Origin: an uncultured Flavobacteriales bacterium
GTDB lineage: Bacteria; Bacteroidota; Bacteroidia; Flavobacteriales; UBA7430
DNA: 36,110 nucleotides
Reading direction: 5' to 3'
NCBI GenBank assembly: GCA_913041775.1
Contig: CAJWJW010000001.1
Span: 1-36,110, forward strand
Shown one piece after another: positions 1 through 8,817 of the stretch. The first letter of the stretch is position 1, and each line of letters opens with the position of its first letter. A program made the position numbers and the translations under genes. The notes beneath the pieces were generated by a model, which worked only from the letters and a program-made list of their open reading frames with translations, did no database searches and was not told the DNA's origin.

Positions 1-2
1 CT

Positions 3-533
3 AAAAATAGAATTATTGGTATGGGTGGAGCTTTAGATTCTGCTCGTTTTAAATACCGTTTGAGTGAGGCTCTAGATTGCCCTGCTTCTGATGTAGAAGG
101 TCTTGTGATTGGTGGTCATAGCGATAAAGGAATGGTTCCTTTAATTCGTTTAGCTTCTAGAAATAGCGTTTTAGTTTCTGAGTTTTTATCAGCACAAAGA
201 TTGGCTCAAGTTGCCGCCGATACTAAAGTTGGTGGTGCTACATTAACAGGAATGTTAGGTACTTCTGCTTGGTATGCTCCAGGTGCAGCAGTTTCTTCTT
301 TAGTGCATGCAATTGCTTGCGACCAAAAGAAAATGTTCACTTGTTCTGTATTATTAGAAGGTGAGTATGGCTTAAACGATTTAACAATTGGAGTACCTGT
401 TATTTTAGGTAAAAACGGTATTGAGAAAATTGTTGAAATCGAATTAGATGCAAATGAAAAAGCTTTATTAGCTGAATCTGCGAAAGGAGTTTCTGCAACG
501 AATGCTTTACTTACGGAACTGAATTTGTTTTAG
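3..533 (+). CDS. mdh: Malate dehydrogenase (LDH-like MDH family), C-terminal part; the 5' end is cut by the window edge
   Basis: The frame is open from nt 3 (KNRIIGMGGALDSARFKY...). It contains the typical MDH/LDH GMGG.LDSARF segment and a C-terminal substrate-domain sequence. Stop at 531-533. Confidence 0.9.
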   Translation, partial: KNRIIGMGGALDSARFKYRLSEALDCPASDVEGLVIGGHSDKGMVPLIRLASRNSVLVSEFLSAQRLAQVAADTKVGGATLTGMLGTSAWYAPGAAVSSLVHAIACDQKKMFTCSVLLEGEYGLNDLTIGVPVILGKNGIEKIVEIELDANEKALLAESAKGVSATNALLTELNLF

Positions 534-551
534 TAAGTGATACTTATATAC

Positions 552-586
552 AAAAAAGGAGCTAGATTTATCTAGCTCCTTTTTTT
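552..586. terminator. Bidirectional Rho-independent terminator between convergent mdh and folA
   Basis: Perfect 10-bp stem aggagctaga (557-566) / tctagctcct (571-580) with loop ttta. An A-run lies 5' and a T-run 3' (581-586). Confidence 0.75.
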
Positions 587-602
587 ATGTGATAAATTTT
601 AT

Positions 603-1106
603 TTAGGCTTTCTCATAAACTTCAAAACAATAAGCACATTGGTGTTTGTCATCTGCCTCATGTGATTCTGAACTCACCAATTTCCAGTCGCTAGAAAGTA
701 CTGGAAAAAATGTATCTCCATCGTAGTTTTTATGTATTCGTGTTAGATACACTCGGTCTACTAGGTTTTGTTCTAAAGCTAGGCGGTAAATTTCTCCACC
801 TCCAATAATAAAAGGTTCCTCGTCTTTCGATTCTTTGGCTTTGTTTAAAGCTTCGGATATAGAATTAACAACAACACATCCTTCTGCTTTATAAGTCCCT
901 TGTCTCGTTACCACAACATTTGTTCTATTGGGCAGAGGTCTGTATTTATGAGGAATAGATTCAAAGTTTTTCCTTCCCATAATCACAAAATGACCTTTGG
1001 TAGTGTCTTTAAAAAACTTCATATCTTTTGGCAAATGCCATATCAAGTCATTGTCTTTTCCAATAACGTGATTTTCTGAGCAGGCAACAATTAATGATAC
1101 TTTCAT
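603..1106 (-). CDS. folA: Dihydrofolate reductase
   Basis: 167 aa. N-terminus SLIVACSENHVIGKDNDLIWHLPKDMKFFKDTT and GRKNFESIP match type-I DHFR. The start overlaps the thyA stop (TAATG). Confidence 0.93.
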   Translation of the reverse strand: MKVSLIVACSENHVIGKDNDLIWHLPKDMKFFKDTTKGHFVIMGRKNFESIPHKYRPLPNRTNVVVTRQGTYKAEGCVVVNSISEALNKAKESKDEEPFIIGGGEIYRLALEQNLVDRVYLTRIHKNYDGDTFFPVLSSDWKLVSSESHEADDKHQCAYCFEVYEKA

Positions 1107-1900
1107 TATACAGCTACTATACCTTTAATGTGTGGATGTGGATCGTAATTCACCAATTCAAAATCGTCTATGGTAAAGTCGAATATGTTTTTAATATCAG
1201 AATTCATTTTCATAGTAGGAAGCTTTTTTATTTCTCTACTTAACTGTAATTCTGTTTGCTCTAAATGATTAGAATATAGATGAGCATCTCCTAGTGTATG
1301 TATGAACTCCCCTGCTTCTAAACCACAAACCTGTGCGACCATCATAGTTAATAAGGCATAGGATGCGATATTAAAAGGCACTCCTAAAAATATATCTGCA
1401 CTACGTTGGTAAAGCTGACAAGATAATTTACCATCTGCTACATAAAATTGAAAGAAGGCATGACATGGAGGCAAAGCCATATTTTTAATTTCGCCAACAT
1501 TCCATGCACTCACTATTAATCTACGTGAGTCTGGATTGGTTTTTATTTGATCTATTACTTGCGTAATTTGATCTATGTGTTTACCATTTGCCGCTGGCCA
1601 AGACCTCCATTGTGATCCATAAACAGGGCCTAGATTACCGTATTCATCTGCCCATTCGTCCCAAATACGAACTTTATTTTCTTTTAAGTACTGTATATTA
1701 GTATCGCCTTTTAAAAACCACAGTAATTCGTGAATTATAGAACGTAAATGTAGTTTTTTAGTAGTAATACAAGGAAAGCCTTCGGCTAAATTGAAACGCA
1801 TCTGATGTCCGAAAACACTAACTGTACCTGTACCTGTTCGGTCACTTTTTAATTGGCCATTTTCTTTAATATGGCGCATTAAATCTAAATACTGCTTCAT
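1106..1900 (-). CDS. thyA: Thymidylate synthase (ThyA type)
   Basis: 264 aa. MKQYLDLM...DRTGTGT, the active-site region [13 protein letters not shown], and DAHLY; highly conserved ThyA signature stretches. Confidence 0.97.
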   Translation of the reverse strand: MKQYLDLMRHIKENGQLKSDRTGTGTVSVFGHQMRFNLAEGFPCITTKKLHLRSIIHELLWFLKGDTNIQYLKENKVRIWDEWADEYGNLGPVYGSQWRSWPAANGKHIDQITQVIDQIKTNPDSRRLIVSAWNVGEIKNMALPPCHAFFQFYVADGKLSCQLYQRSADIFLGVPFNIASYALLTMMVAQVCGLEAGEFIHTLGDAHLYSNHLEQTELQLSREIKKLPTMKMNSDIKNIFDFTIDDFELVNYDPHPHIKGIVAV

Positions 1901-1995
1901 ATAATTAAAATTTGAAAGTTTAAGATTGAAGGTTTTTCAGGATCAATAATTTTCTGTTCTATTACACTGTAAATTTAATTTTTTTCTAGAAATAA

Positions 1996-3678
1996 TTACA
2001 ACATCATACCTACAATAACAGCGGTAAATAATGAAGCTAAAGTTCCCGCTACAAGAGCTAGTAAACCTAAATCAGATAGTAATGCTTTCCTGTTTGGAAC
2101 AAGCGCTCCTATTCCTCCAATTTGGATTCCAATAGAGGCGAAATTAGCAAATCCACATAATATATAGGTAGACATAATAATCGACTTTTGATACGTAAAT
2201 AATCCAGCACCTTTCATTTCTCCTAAAGTTTTGTAGGCGTAAAATTCATTTAAAATTGTTTTCTCTCCCAAAAGTTGTCCTACTAAAACAGCATCCTCCC
2301 AGGCAATACCCATGAGCCATGCGATAGGAGCAAAGGTATAACCCACCATAAATTGCATTGTAAAACCAGTATAACTAGTGTTAGCAATAATCCATGTATT
2401 TATTCCAGTCCAGTTTCCTATGAGGTCATTGCTTATGTAATTCCCCATTGCAATAAGTGCGGTAAATACGAGTAACATAGCACCTACGTTTACTGCGAGT
2501 CGTAATCCATCGCTTGTACCATTACTTAAAGCTTCTAAGGCGTTGCTTCCAACCTTATCCTTATTCAGTTTCATTTTCTTGTCATACTCTTCAGTTTCAG
2601 GAACAATTATTTTTGCTGCTATTACTGCTGCAGGAGCAGAAAGCAAAGATGCTGCCAATAGATGTTTTGCAAATAGAAGCTCTTGTACTGGGTCGCTACC
2701 GCCTAAAAATCCTATATATGCTGCAAGTACTCCACCTGCAATAGTTGCCATACCTCCAGACATTAAACAGAAAATTTCTGATTTTGTCATTTTATCTAAA
2801 TAGGGACGTACTAATAATGGCGCTTCTGTTTGGCCTAAAAATATATTTCCTACTGCAGCTAAACTCTCAGAGCCTGATAGTTTCATAAATTTCTTCATCA
2901 ACCAAGCAAAAAAGTAAACGACTCTTTGGAGAATCCCTAAGTAATAAAAGAGACTGGTAAGTGCCGAAAAGAATATGATAGTAGGTAATACCTGTACCAT
3001 GAAGTTAATTAATGGTGCTTCAATTTTACCTGTAATAAAAGAGGCAAATAGAAAGTTTGTTCCTGCCTGTGTAAAAGATATTACTTTAATAAATCCACTT
3101 GAAATATTTTCGAAAATTGATTCTACGAAGGGAACTTTTAGTATCCCAACTGCAAAAATAAATTGTATTAATAATCCTTTTGCTACTAGTACCCAATCTA
3201 TTTTTTTTCTATTTCTACTAAATAGTACTGCGATTAGTAATAGGCTTATAATTCCGAGTAAGCCTCGTGTAATATTCCAAAACCTACTTTCGGATTCTAT
3301 TGGAATTAGAGTTTTGTTAATTGGTATTTTTAAATCGAATAAATAACTTATTCCATTTTCCTCTAGTCGTAAGCTGTTTTGGTTTAATGTGTATGTATAA
3401 CAGCGGCTTGTATCTGTAGGACTTGTATACTTTAAACAAATAAGAGAATCAATAATAGACCATTGACCACTTGCTTGTAAATTGTTTTTTGCCGCTAAAG
3501 AATATTGAAAACTATGATCTTCGAAGAGTTGCATCTCGTCGGATTTTTCTAGTTGAACAATGTTTTTTTCTTCTGAGCTATCGATCGATTTAAATACCCA
3601 AATTCCAATAACGTTTTGCCCAGATAATAGAGTGCTTATGCTGAGCAAAAAGCTTAGCATTAAGATTGATTTTTTCAT
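1996..3678 (-). CDS. Concentrative nucleoside transporter (CNT/NupC family) with an extra ~130 aa N-terminal signal peptide plus soluble domain
   Basis: 560 aa. The C-terminal ~420 aa is polytopic and has NupC-like stretches (GQTEAPLLVRPY, MSGGMATIAGGVLAAY, GFANFASIGIQIGG). The N-terminus has a signal-like helix followed by a non-membrane segment. Confidence 0.85.
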   Translation of the reverse strand: MKKSILMLSFLLSISTLLSGQNVIGIWVFKSIDSSEEKNIVQLEKSDEMQLFEDHSFQYSLAAKNNLQASGQWSIIDSLICLKYTSPTDTSRCYTYTLNQNSLRLEENGISYLFDLKIPINKTLIPIESESRFWNITRGLLGIISLLLIAVLFSRNRKKIDWVLVAKGLLIQFIFAVGILKVPFVESIFENISSGFIKVISFTQAGTNFLFASFITGKIEAPLINFMVQVLPTIIFFSALTSLFYYLGILQRVVYFFAWLMKKFMKLSGSESLAAVGNIFLGQTEAPLLVRPYLDKMTKSEIFCLMSGGMATIAGGVLAAYIGFLGGSDPVQELLFAKHLLAASLLSAPAAVIAAKIIVPETEEYDKKMKLNKDKVGSNALEALSNGTSDGLRLAVNVGAMLLVFTALIAMGNYISNDLIGNWTGINTWIIANTSYTGFTMQFMVGYTFAPIAWLMGIAWEDAVLVGQLLGEKTILNEFYAYKTLGEMKGAGLFTYQKSIIMSTYILCGFANFASIGIQIGGIGALVPNRKALLSDLGLLALVAGTLASLFTAVIVGMML

Positions 3679-3681
3679 GTT

Positions 3682-4311
3682 TTAATGATGCGTATTTCTA
3701 AGGTTTAACTCATCTCTTATCTGAGCTGCTATTTCGTATTCTTCTTTTTCTAAAGCCTGATTAAGTTGTGTATTTAATACAGTATCCGAGAGTCTAGAAA
3801 ACTTGTTTGGATCTTGTGAGTGGCTTTTTTCAATGTCTACTACCTTTTTAGGTGTAGCTGTATTTTCTAGTAAAACTCTTCGTTTTGTTTTGTCCTCGTC
3901 TAAAATTATGCCAGCCTGTTTGAGTATTGATTCGTATGTGTAAATAGGACAATTAAATCGCAGAGCTAGTGCTACGGCATCAGAAGTTCTAGAATCTAGT
4001 CGTTTTATTTCTCCATCTAATTCACACACTAAATAGGAGTAAAAAACCCCTTCTTTTAGTTTGTGTATGATCACCTCTTTGAGGTATATATTAAATGAAA
4101 GAGCAAAGCTAGTAAACAAGTCATGAGTAACAGGCCGGGGGGGCATTTTGTCTTTATCTAAAGCTATAGCAATAGATTGAGCCTCGTGCGCACCAATTAC
4201 TATTGGCAACCTACGAGGCCCATTTTCTTCACCCAAGAGTAATGCATAAGCGTTACTCTGCGATTGACTATATGTTAATCCTATTATATTAAGTTGAACT
4301 GTTTTCATCAA
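3682..4311 (-). CDS. Bifunctional nuclease family protein (DUF151) with C-terminal UVR motif
   Basis: 209 aa. LPIVIGAHEAQSIAIAL and DLF motifs are typical of DUF151/BFN. The C-terminal EEYEIAAQIRDEL resembles a UvrB/C motif. The stop lies 3 nt upstream of the transporter start. Confidence 0.78.
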   Translation of the reverse strand: MMKTVQLNIIGLTYSQSQSNAYALLLGEENGPRRLPIVIGAHEAQSIAIALDKDKMPPRPVTHDLFTSFALSFNIYLKEVIIHKLKEGVFYSYLVCELDGEIKRLDSRTSDAVALALRFNCPIYTYESILKQAGIILDEDKTKRRVLLENTATPKKVVDIEKSHSQDPNKFSRLSDTVLNTQLNQALEKEEYEIAAQIRDELNLRNTHH

Positions 4312-4367
4312 TTGATATTAGCATGACTAAAATACTAAAATTGGTGGACTGCTCAGCTTATTTTGGA

Positions 4368-5336
4368 TTAATTATTTGCTTTATGTATTTTTAAAGCTTC
4401 AATCAGCTTAGGAACAACATCAAAGGCATCTCCTACAATTCCATAATCTGCTGCTTTAAAGAAAGGAGCTTCTGGATCGGTATTAATAACCACTATGTTT
4501 TTAGACGCATTAACTCCGGCTAAGTGTTGTATAGCTCCCGAAATACCAATTGCTATGTATAATTCAGGGTTAATTGCAATTCCTGTTTGCCCAACGTGTT
4601 CACTGTGAGGTCTCCATCCAATATCAGAAACTGGTTTAGAGCAAGCAGTAGCCGCACCTAAAAGTCCAGCTAACTCTTCTACCATACCCCAGTTTTCTGG
4701 TCCTTTTAAACCACGTCCTGCCGATACAACAAAGTCAGCTTCAGTTAAGGATATTTTTCCTGAAGCTCTATCAACAGATACAGAACTTAGTCTATTATCT
4801 GAGCTTGTAGCTGTATAATCAAACGATTCTATTTGTGCAGTAGCTCCATTTTCTATAGTTCCCAATGCATTAGGCGTAATAGAAATTACATTTTGTGCAG
4901 CAGTAGAACTATAGTTAGTAAATGCTTTACTAGAAAAAGTTTTTCTTTTTACTGTTAAAGGACTTGTAGAGCTTGGCAATTCAATTGCATTTGTAATTAA
5001 TCCTGCATTTCTCTTTGCAGCAATAATAGGTGCAATCGCTTTTCCGTTGTTTGTATTCGATATAATAATGGTGTCTGCACCATTGGCCTCTGCAGCAGCA
5101 ACAATAGCATTTGCATATGCTTGATTGTTAAATGTTGCTAAAGACTCGTTTGTTATATTAAGTACTTTAGTAGCACCGTAATTTCCTAATTGAGCAGCAT
5201 CGTCGCTAGAAGCAATTGTTAATGCAATCGCTTCAGTTCCTATTTTGTTGGCAAGTTGAGCAGCGTAACTTACTGCTTCAAAAGATGCTTTCTTAAAGCT
5301 TCCGTTCCAACTTTCTGTATATACTAAAACAGCCAT
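4368..5336 (-). CDS. etfA: Electron transfer flavoprotein alpha subunit
   Basis: 322 aa. FAD-binding C-terminal half (VVSAGRGL, QTG..I.P.LYIA.GISGAIQHLAG, I..IN.D..APIF..ADYG). Confidence 0.93.
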   Translation of the reverse strand: MAVLVYTESWNGSFKKASFEAVSYAAQLANKIGTEAIALTIASSDDAAQLGNYGATKVLNITNESLATFNNQAYANAIVAAAEANGADTIIISNTNNGKAIAPIIAAKRNAGLITNAIELPSSTSPLTVKRKTFSSKAFTNYSSTAAQNVISITPNALGTIENGATAQIESFDYTATSSDNRLSSVSVDRASGKISLTEADFVVSAGRGLKGPENWGMVEELAGLLGAATACSKPVSDIGWRPHSEHVGQTGIAINPELYIAIGISGAIQHLAGVNASKNIVVINTDPEAPFFKAADYGIVGDAFDVVPKLIEALKIHKANN

Positions 5337-5354
5337 AATCTTTTTTGTTCTTTA

Positions 5355-6104
5355 TTAAATTACTTTTGCTTCAGTGTGAAGTAACTCTACAAGTTGCTCT
5401 ACATTTCCAGCATCAATCATTGTACATGCAGCTTTAGTTTCTGGTAATTCGAAACTTACAACTGTTGTACTTACTCTAGTATCTCCCGCAGCTATAACAG
5501 AAAGAGGCTTTTTACGTGCCATCATAATTCCACGCATAGCAGGAATTCTTAATTCCTTTTCTTCTACTAAACCTTTTTGTCCAGCAATTAGCATCGGTAG
5601 TGTACCTTCTAAAGTTTCTTTCCCTCCGTCTATTTCTCTTACTGCTTTCGCGTTCGTTCCCTCTAGTTCAAAACCAATGCAAGCATTCACAAATGGAATG
5701 TCTAAATATGTAGCGAGCATTCCAGGAACTATTCCACCATTATAATCTATCGATTCGCGGCCAGTAACAATTAAGTCGAAGTTTTGTTCTTTTGCATAAT
5801 CTGCAATTAAACGAGCAACCGTTGAACCATCTTTCGGGTCAGCATCAATTCTTACTGCTTCGTCTGCACCAATAGCTAAAGCTTTTCTTAGTGTTGGTTC
5901 TGTACTCGCGGCTCCTACATTTACAACAGTAATTGTTGCGCCTGTAGATTCCTTAATTTTCATTGCCCTTGTTAAACCAAACTCATCGTAAGGGTTTATA
6001 ACAAATGTTATCCCGTTACTATCAAATTCTGTTTGGTTGTTTGTGAATTTAATCTTCGAAGTCGTGTCTGGAACATGACTTATACAAACTAGTATTTTCA
6101 TCAC
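5355..6104 (-). CDS. etfB: Electron transfer flavoprotein beta subunit
   Basis: 249 aa. MKILVCI..VPDT, INPYDE and ALA.GADEA motifs. Lies immediately upstream of etfA. Confidence 0.93.
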   Translation of the reverse strand: MMKILVCISHVPDTTSKIKFTNNQTEFDSNGITFVINPYDEFGLTRAMKIKESTGATITVVNVGAASTEPTLRKALAIGADEAVRIDADPKDGSTVARLIADYAKEQNFDLIVTGRESIDYNGGIVPGMLATYLDIPFVNACIGFELEGTNAKAVREIDGGKETLEGTLPMLIAGQKGLVEEKELRIPAMRGIMMARKKPLSVIAAGDTRVSTTVVSFELPETKAACTMIDAGNVEQLVELLHTEAKVI

Positions 6105-6205
6105 TTATTTTATTTTTTACTATTCTACAGCCTAATTTAAGAGAAATTCTAGTTTAGAATTCCTTAGAATTGAACAATAAAATACTTTGTTTTTATGTGT
6201 AGTTG

Positions 6206-6213
6206 CAAATGTA
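6206..6213 (-). promoter_or_regulatory. Candidate Bacteroidota -7 box (TAcaTTTG on the minus strand) for etfBA
   Basis: The plus strand reads caaatgta, whose reverse complement is TACATTTG, matching TAnnTTTG. It lies about 100 nt upstream of the etfB start, so the leader would be long. Confidence 0.25.
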
Positions 6214-6374
6214 ATTAAATTTACTTGAAAACAAAGTGTAATGCGCGCATTGTATTTTGAGTTTTGTATACATCTGTATTTATATGTAGATGCCCTAGTG
6301 CAGCAACTTAAAGCTCTAAATAGGGATTTTTGAAATGGATGTTTAGCATCCTATTATATAAACTATAATTTATG

Positions 6375-6382
6375 TAATTTTG
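6375..6382 (+). promoter_or_regulatory. Candidate -7 box TAatTTTG for pdhB
   Basis: Exact match to the Bacteroidota sigma-A -7 consensus TAnnTTTG, 22 nt upstream of ATG 6405. Confidence 0.4.
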
Positions 6383-6404
6383 TAGCCTGAAAAAAACAAG
6401 TCTT

Positions 6405-7385
6405 ATGAGAGTTATACAATTTAGACAAGCAATAGCCGAAGCGATGAGCGAGGAAATGAGAAGAGATGAAAAAGTCTTCTTAATAGGTGAAGAAGTTGCT
6501 GAATACAATGGCGCTTATAAAGCGAGTCAAGGGATGCTTGATGAATTTGGAGCAAAAAGAGTTATCGATACACCTATTGCCGAACTTGGTTTTTCCGGAA
6601 TCGCTACAGGTGCTACCATGAATGGTTTGAGACCTATTGTAGAGTTTATGACCTTTAATTTTTCGTTGGTTGCTATAGATCAAATTATTAATTCTGCAGC
6701 AAAAATGAACCAAATGTCTGACGGACAATTCCCGATGCCTATGGTTTTTCGAGGTCCTTCATCAGCGGCTGGTCAATTAGGAGCTCAACACTCACAATCT
6801 TTTGAGTCGTGGTATGCAAACTGCCCTGGTTTAAAAGTGATTTGTCCATCTAATCCATACGATGCTAAAGGTTTATTAAAAGCGGCAATCCGCGATAATG
6901 ACCCTATTATTTTTATGGAGTCTGAGCAAATGTATGGGGATAAAGGAGAAGTTCCAGAAGGAGAATATATAATTCCTATTGGTGTAGCTGATGTAAAAAA
7001 AACAGGTACGGATGTAACTTTAGTTTCTTTTGGGAAAATAATGAAGAAAGTATTTGAAGCTGCTGATAAATTATCTGAGGAAGGAATTAGTGCCGAAGTA
7101 ATTGATTTAAGAACTGTTCGTCCTATAGATTACGCTACGGTCATTGAATCTGTTAAAAAAACAAATCGTTTGGTAATTATTGAAGAAGCTTGGCCTTTGG
7201 CATCGCTATCTACAGAGATTGCTTTTACCGTACAACGGGATGCTTTCGATCACTTAGATGCACCCGTAAAACGTATTTGTACTGCGGATGTACCTATGGC
7301 TTATGCACCTAATTTAGTAGAGGAGTTTATGCCTAAAGTAAGTAAGATTATAGAAGAAGTAAGGTCGGTGCTTTACCTTAAGTAG
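6405..7385 (+). CDS. pdhB: Pyruvate (2-oxoacid) dehydrogenase E1 component, beta subunit
   Basis: 326 aa. GEEV..Y.GAYK...GL...FG..RV.DTPI.E.GF.G.A.GAA transketolase-like pyrimidine-binding domain plus C-terminal domain. No adjacent alpha subunit in the window. Confidence 0.88.
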   Translation: MRVIQFRQAIAEAMSEEMRRDEKVFLIGEEVAEYNGAYKASQGMLDEFGAKRVIDTPIAELGFSGIATGATMNGLRPIVEFMTFNFSLVAIDQIINSAAKMNQMSDGQFPMPMVFRGPSSAAGQLGAQHSQSFESWYANCPGLKVICPSNPYDAKGLLKAAIRDNDPIIFMESEQMYGDKGEVPEGEYIIPIGVADVKKTGTDVTLVSFGKIMKKVFEAADKLSEEGISAEVIDLRTVRPIDYATVIESVKKTNRLVIIEEAWPLASLSTEIAFTVQRDAFDHLDAPVKRICTADVPMAYAPNLVEEFMPKVSKIIEEVRSVLYLK

Positions 7386-7403
7386 TACTGTTGTATTCAA
7401 ATA

Positions 7404-7434
7404 AAAAAAAGCCATCTGAAAAGACGGCTTTTTT
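7404..7434. terminator. Probable bidirectional terminator between convergent pdhB and the YkgJ-family gene
   Basis: An A-run, then a 7-bp stem gccatct / agacggc with one mismatch and loop gaaa, then T6. Confidence 0.5.
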
Positions 7435-7437
7435 GCG

Positions 7438-7923
7438 TTATACATTTTTCATTTTATCAACAATCCTTGATACTGCAGGGCAAACTTCTACATTCTGCAA
7501 TGTTAAAGGAAGTATATGCGACATCTTCTTTCTCTTGGTATGCGGATACTCTGAACAAGCTCTAGGTCTTACATCGTATATAGAACAAGAGTTATCGTCG
7601 TCTAAAAAAGCACAGGGACTTTCTTTTAAAACAATATCATATTCATCATCTCTCTTTAAGTACTTTTCATGAAACTTTCCAGGTTTCATGTTTAAGTGTT
7701 TCGCAATTCTATCCACATCTTTTTCAATAAAAATAGGGGAGGATGTTTTGCAGCAATTTGCACATTCTAAACAGTCAATATTTTCAAAAACCTCATCGTG
7801 TAAAGTATGGAACTTTTCATCTAAAGGCGCACCTCTCATTTTTTTGAGTTTCTCAAATAAATCTCTATTCGCTTTTCTGTCTTGAAAAGCCTTTTTCTTA
7901 AGGTCTTGAATTTCTTTTTCCAA
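7438..7923 (-). CDS. YkgJ-family Cys-cluster (CxxCxxCC) zinc/iron-chelating domain protein
   Basis: 161 aa with CLECANCC (CxxCxxCC) and a second Cys group (C..L.......C.IY..RP..C..YP), typical of the UPF0153/YkgJ family. Confidence 0.78.
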   Translation of the reverse strand: MEKEIQDLKKKAFQDRKANRDLFEKLKKMRGAPLDEKFHTLHDEVFENIDCLECANCCKTSSPIFIEKDVDRIAKHLNMKPGKFHEKYLKRDDEYDIVLKESPCAFLDDDNSCSIYDVRPRACSEYPHTKRKKMSHILPLTLQNVEVCPAVSRIVDKMKNV

Positions 7924-7937
7924 ATCGTAAATTTTGT

Positions 7938-7945
7938 CAAAAATA
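7938..7945 (-). promoter_or_regulatory. Candidate -7 box (TAttTTTG on the minus strand) for the YkgJ-family gene
   Basis: The plus strand reads caaaaata, whose reverse complement is TATTTTTG. It lies 15 nt upstream of the start at 7923. Confidence 0.4.
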
Positions 7946-8019
7946 CATTAATTAAAAACTTTTACTATTGACTTAGGAATCAAATGCTGAAACTACTGCT
8001 TTTGCTCTATTCAATTTTC

Positions 8020-8027
8020 TATTTTTG
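8020..8027 (+). promoter_or_regulatory. Candidate -7 box TAttTTTG for the methyltransferase gene
   Basis: Exact TAnnTTTG, 19 nt upstream of ATG 8047. Confidence 0.4.
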
Positions 8028-8046
8028 CAATCCAAACTAAGCCGAC

Positions 8047-8763
8047 ATGATCAAAAAGGAACAAGACCCTATGGGGCAAGCTATCTATAATTATTTTCAT
8101 CATAAAGATGAAACTTCAGTAAAGGTGGATACGAATATTACAGAGGGTGAAGAATTGCCTGTTCCTTATTTGTTTCGATCTTTTAAAGAGATGCCTTTGC
8201 TAGAGAAAAAAGCACTTGAACTTGTAAAAGGGACTGTTTTGGATGTGGGCGCAGGTGCAGGCGCACATAGTGTATACTTACAAGAGAACGGATTCGATGT
8301 TACATCGATTGATGTTTCGGAGTTGTCTTGTAGTGTGATGAAATCTAGGAATTTAAAGTCTGTTTCGTGTAGCGATATATGGACTTTAGAACCCAAGAAA
8401 TTTGACACTGTTTTATTTATGATGAACGGTATCGGTCTAGTGAAAACCTTAGACGGTTTAGAAACTTTTTTTGAACACTTAAAAAAATATGTGGCAACTA
8501 ATGGACAAGTATTACTTGACTCATCAGATTTAAAATATATGTTTGAAGATGATGAAGGTGGACTTTGGGTGAATCTTAACAGTAATTATTATGGAGAGTT
8601 ACATTATACCCTAAGCTATAAAGAGTGTGTTGCAAAACCTTTCCCTTGGTTATTTGTAGACTTCGATAAGCTTCAGCAGGTTGTTGAAAGTTGTGGTTGG
8701 TCGGTAAGTTTGGAATACCAGGATGATCATTTTCTTTATTTAGTTAGGCTTACATTAGCATAG
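8047..8763 (+). CDS. Class I SAM-dependent methyltransferase
   Basis: 238 aa. Motif I VLDVGAGAGAHSVYL followed by an acidic residue at the end of beta-2 (DVTSIDVS). Confidence 0.8.
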   Translation: MIKKEQDPMGQAIYNYFHHKDETSVKVDTNITEGEELPVPYLFRSFKEMPLLEKKALELVKGTVLDVGAGAGAHSVYLQENGFDVTSIDVSELSCSVMKSRNLKSVSCSDIWTLEPKKFDTVLFMMNGIGLVKTLDGLETFFEHLKKYVATNGQVLLDSSDLKYMFEDDEGGLWVNLNSNYYGELHYTLSYKECVAKPFPWLFVDFDKLQQVVESCGWSVSLEYQDDHFLYLVRLTLA

Positions 8764-8773
8764 ATTATTTTAC

Positions 8774-8781
8774 TAGATTTG
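8774..8781 (+). promoter_or_regulatory. Candidate -7 box TAgaTTTG for the lipoprotein/beta-barrel pair
   Basis: Exact TAnnTTTG, 36 nt upstream of ATG 8818. Confidence 0.4.
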
Positions 8782-8817
8782 TTTAGTATTGATTTAGAAT
8801 TTTATAAATAAAGAAAT

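Noticed and set aside
2514-3346. Plus-strand ORFs of 76, 86 and 123 aa antisense to the nucleoside transporter gene.
   Set aside because: They are embedded in a strongly supported minus-strand membrane-protein gene. Their translations are hydrophobic mirror artefacts.
6240-6251. GC-rich 12-bp palindrome AATGCGCGCATT in the divergent etfB/pdhB intergenic region, as a candidate operator.
   Set aside because: Several perfect 12-bp palindromes are expected by chance in 36 kb. It has no flanking symmetry and no second copy in the window, so there is not enough support.
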